64,000 nt of DNA from Selaginella moellendorffii. Lineage: Eukaryota > Plantae > Lycopodiophyta. The first letter of the stretch is position 1. Each line of letters begins with the position of its first letter. The translations under genes were made by a program, and so were the position numbers. Of this stretch, positions 61,737 through 64,000 are shown piece by piece. The notes below the pieces were generated by a model. That model did not search any database. It had not been told where the DNA came from and saw only the letters and a list, made by a program, of their open reading frames with translations. The stretch covers positions 838,897 to 902,896 of the forward strand of contig NW_003314306.1 in the NCBI RefSeq assembly GCF_000143415.4, in the 5' to 3' direction.

Positions 61737-63232
61737 ATGGAGCCGGGGCAAGAGTGGGCTCTAGAGGTCGAGTGTCGCGCGGCCAAGGATGGCAAGGACG
61801 CGCTCAAGCGTCTGGGATGGCTGGATTCAGGGCGCCGGAGCCAGCTGACCTGCGATGGGTCCAAGGTAGCGTTTCCAGTGACAATGCAGGGCGCCCAGGC
61901 GCTACTCTCGATTTTTGGAGGAGAGAGAGGCCAAGATCAGTGCGAGCAGCTTGTTGGTTCTCCCGGAGCAAGCCTTGTTTCGTTGGAGCTGCCGGGAAAT
62001 CGAAGAAGTAGCATCGCTCCCCAGCAAAGATTGAGGAAAGAGGTGTTGCTGTTGCTCCAGGAGCGGGGCCTTGACGAGGCGCTTGTGGAAGAGCTTCCAA
62101 CGAAGTAAGTCATTGTTCTCGTGATAAAGTGCTAGTTCTCAGGAGACTTTCCAGGTGGGAAAGAATCGGTGATCTCGTAATTCTTCCGGGGAGCTCACTG
62201 CGGAGCGAGCTCTGGAAATCTCTAGGATCTCCGCTGTGGAAAATCATAGCAGAGTGCCTTGGTGTAACCAAAGTAGCACGTCAAGTAAGTAGAGATTGCT
62301 TTCTCTTCAATTATTCTATAGATAAAATAGATGTTTCCAGGGCCCGGTTGCCTCGACTGGAACGAGAGACAGTGGAGTGGAAATGCTGCTGGGCGAGGAT
62401 GGCTGGGTTGAGCACCGAGAAAACGCTATTCTCTATTGCTTCGATGCCACCAAGTGCATGTTTTCTTCTGGAAACGTGACTGAGCGCTCGAGAATGGGAG
62501 AACTTAACTGTGAGAACGATGTGATTGTGGATCTCTTTGCCGGTATTGGCTACTTTGTGTTGCCATTCCTCGTGAGGTAGTTTTTATCTTTTGATCGAGC
62601 AGCTTTTCTCTTACGCTGACAAATGTTTCTCTCCTTCCTTTTGGTTTTCACAAGGGCCCGAGCGAAGCACGTCTATGCATGCGAATGGAATCCACACGCT
62701 CTCTACGCTTTGCGCCGGAACTTGCGTGCCAGTGCTGTCGAGAAACGGTGTACCGTCATTGAAGGTGACAATCGGCTCACTGCTCCTCGGGTAAATGCGT
62801 TAAGCTTGGAGAAAAGATTTACAAGGCTTTATTTGGCAGGAAGTTGCTGATAGAGTGTGCTTGGGACTTCTCCCCTCGAGCGAAGGAAGCTGGGCTGTGG
62901 CAGTGAGAGCTCTAAAGTAACCGTGATTTCTTTCATTTGCGTACAAGTTTCCTCACTTCTTCTTTCAGGTCAGGCGGTGGAATTCTTCACGTTCACGAAA
63001 ACATCAAGGACGTCGAAGAGGAGGACTGGATTGAGTACCTCACTAAGTCCCTCCAGACACTTGCAAATGCACAGGGTTCGTGATCGCTCTTCTTTTACTT
63101 ATTTGGATCACGTTGATGATAGGAAGAAGCTGGGAGATCCGTGTGAACCACATCGAGCACGTCAAGTGGTATGCTCCACACGTACGTCACATTGTAGCAG
63201 ACGTATGGTGCAGTTCATTCAAAGAAACGTGA
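61737..63232 (+). CDS. TYW2: tRNA wybutosine-synthesis TYW2 (Met10+/TRM12-like SAM transferase), multi-exon
   Basis: WERIGDLVIL, FDATKCMFSSGN, VDLFAGIGYF, YACEWNP, HVKWYAPHVRHIVADV. Confidence 0.88.
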
Positions 63233-63308
63233 CAGGTATAGAAGCTCTCCAACTCTTTTTGCTCCTTCAAAGAACCTTTTTCGTAGGAAAAACTAATATA
63301 ATATTGGT

Positions 63309-63802
63309 TTAATGCAATCCAATGGTAGCTGAGGCTTCGTCATTGAAATCAGCTTTAAAGGTGAAGATTTTCAACAATGCTTTTGATAGTTTGGGAGTTC
63401 CACAATGAAGAAATCTTGATGGTGATTCACAGACCGCTGGGGTATTCCCGCGGAAATAGTAATACCTAAGGCTCTCACTGTTGTCTCTTCTCTCTCTCAC
63501 AGTAATTTCATTAGTGATATATTTATATTTAGTGATCATTATCAAATTATAATAATTATACAAAAGGAGTGGACGATCTTCCACAGTGGAGCCGTTGACT
63601 AAGGCGAGATGGTCGTTGACCCGCGTGAAATTGGCGGTGACAGGAGCCACTGCTGGATTGGCGGATCCTCCCTCCACTGCGTCTCAGTTTGGAGACTCCA
63701 ATCTATTTCCCTCCAGCAGCGTCAATCCCAGAGGCTCCCTGCCGCCAACCAGGGACGTGCCAAAAAGGGTGGGATTGGCAATGACGGGCGCCACTGCTGG
63801 AT
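63309..63802 (-). CDS. 3' part of an unknown gene with a repeated NPAVAPV(T/I)AN motif, running into the assembly gap
   Basis: ORFs 63309-63677 and 63684-; GCCACTGCTGGAT occurs at about 63646 and 63790. Confidence 0.35.
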
Positions 63803-63902
63803 NNNNNNNNNNNNNNNNNNNNNNNNNNNNNNNNNNNNNNNNNNNNNNNNNNNNNNNNNNNNNNNNNNNNNNNNNNNNNNNNNNNNNNNNNNNNNNNNNN
63901 NN
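63803..63902. other. Assembly gap (100 N)
   Basis: Run of N. Confidence 1.
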
Positions 63903-64000
63903 AGATTGTCCTTGTAAGTAGGACATGAATACAAGAAGTTGTATTCCAGTGAATTGGCACCTGTAAGACTGAGACTTCGCAGGTGTTTGGATTAGCAAAG

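Overview
Compact land-plant genomic DNA with many ~50-nt introns; the gene set and intron size suggest the lycophyte Selaginella (inference, not verified). The first ~32.5 kb is a nested transposon complex built on a decayed Ty3/gypsy element. Its RT is split by a 20.7-kb DNA transposon (299-20965; perfect 24-bp TIRs, 4-bp TSD CATT). That transposon is itself interrupted by a young 8.2-kb LTR element with no long ORF, so its native length is about 12.5 kb. It carries two divergent, now mutated genes. One is a Sola-like DDD transposase (+). The other is a spliced ~1,650-codon cargo gene (-) whose product appears to join a ParB/Srx-like domain, a degenerate beta-class DNA amino-methyltransferase-like domain, an acidic tract and an FCP1/NIF-type HAD phosphatase domain. 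About 25 copies of a 22-bp palindrome (ATGGCRTGWGGCCWCAYGCCAT) are scattered through the element, several inside its tiny introns, and I saw none outside it. This combination is the main candidate for an undescribed system. The same old gypsy also hosts a 5S-bearing Cassandra-type TRIM and a chromovirus with a self-priming PBS. A second decayed LTR element, a Crinkler-like nuclease-kinase gene and an NTPase remnant follow. From ~36 kb the region is mostly ordinary host genes: peroxisomal 2,4-dienoyl-CoA reductase, LORELEI-like GPI protein, NPF/PTR transporter, WD40 protein, trehalose-6-phosphate phosphatase, remorin-like protein, HKT transporter and TYW2-like methyltransferase, with a 100-N gap near the end. 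All domain calls are by eye from motifs; no searches were run.
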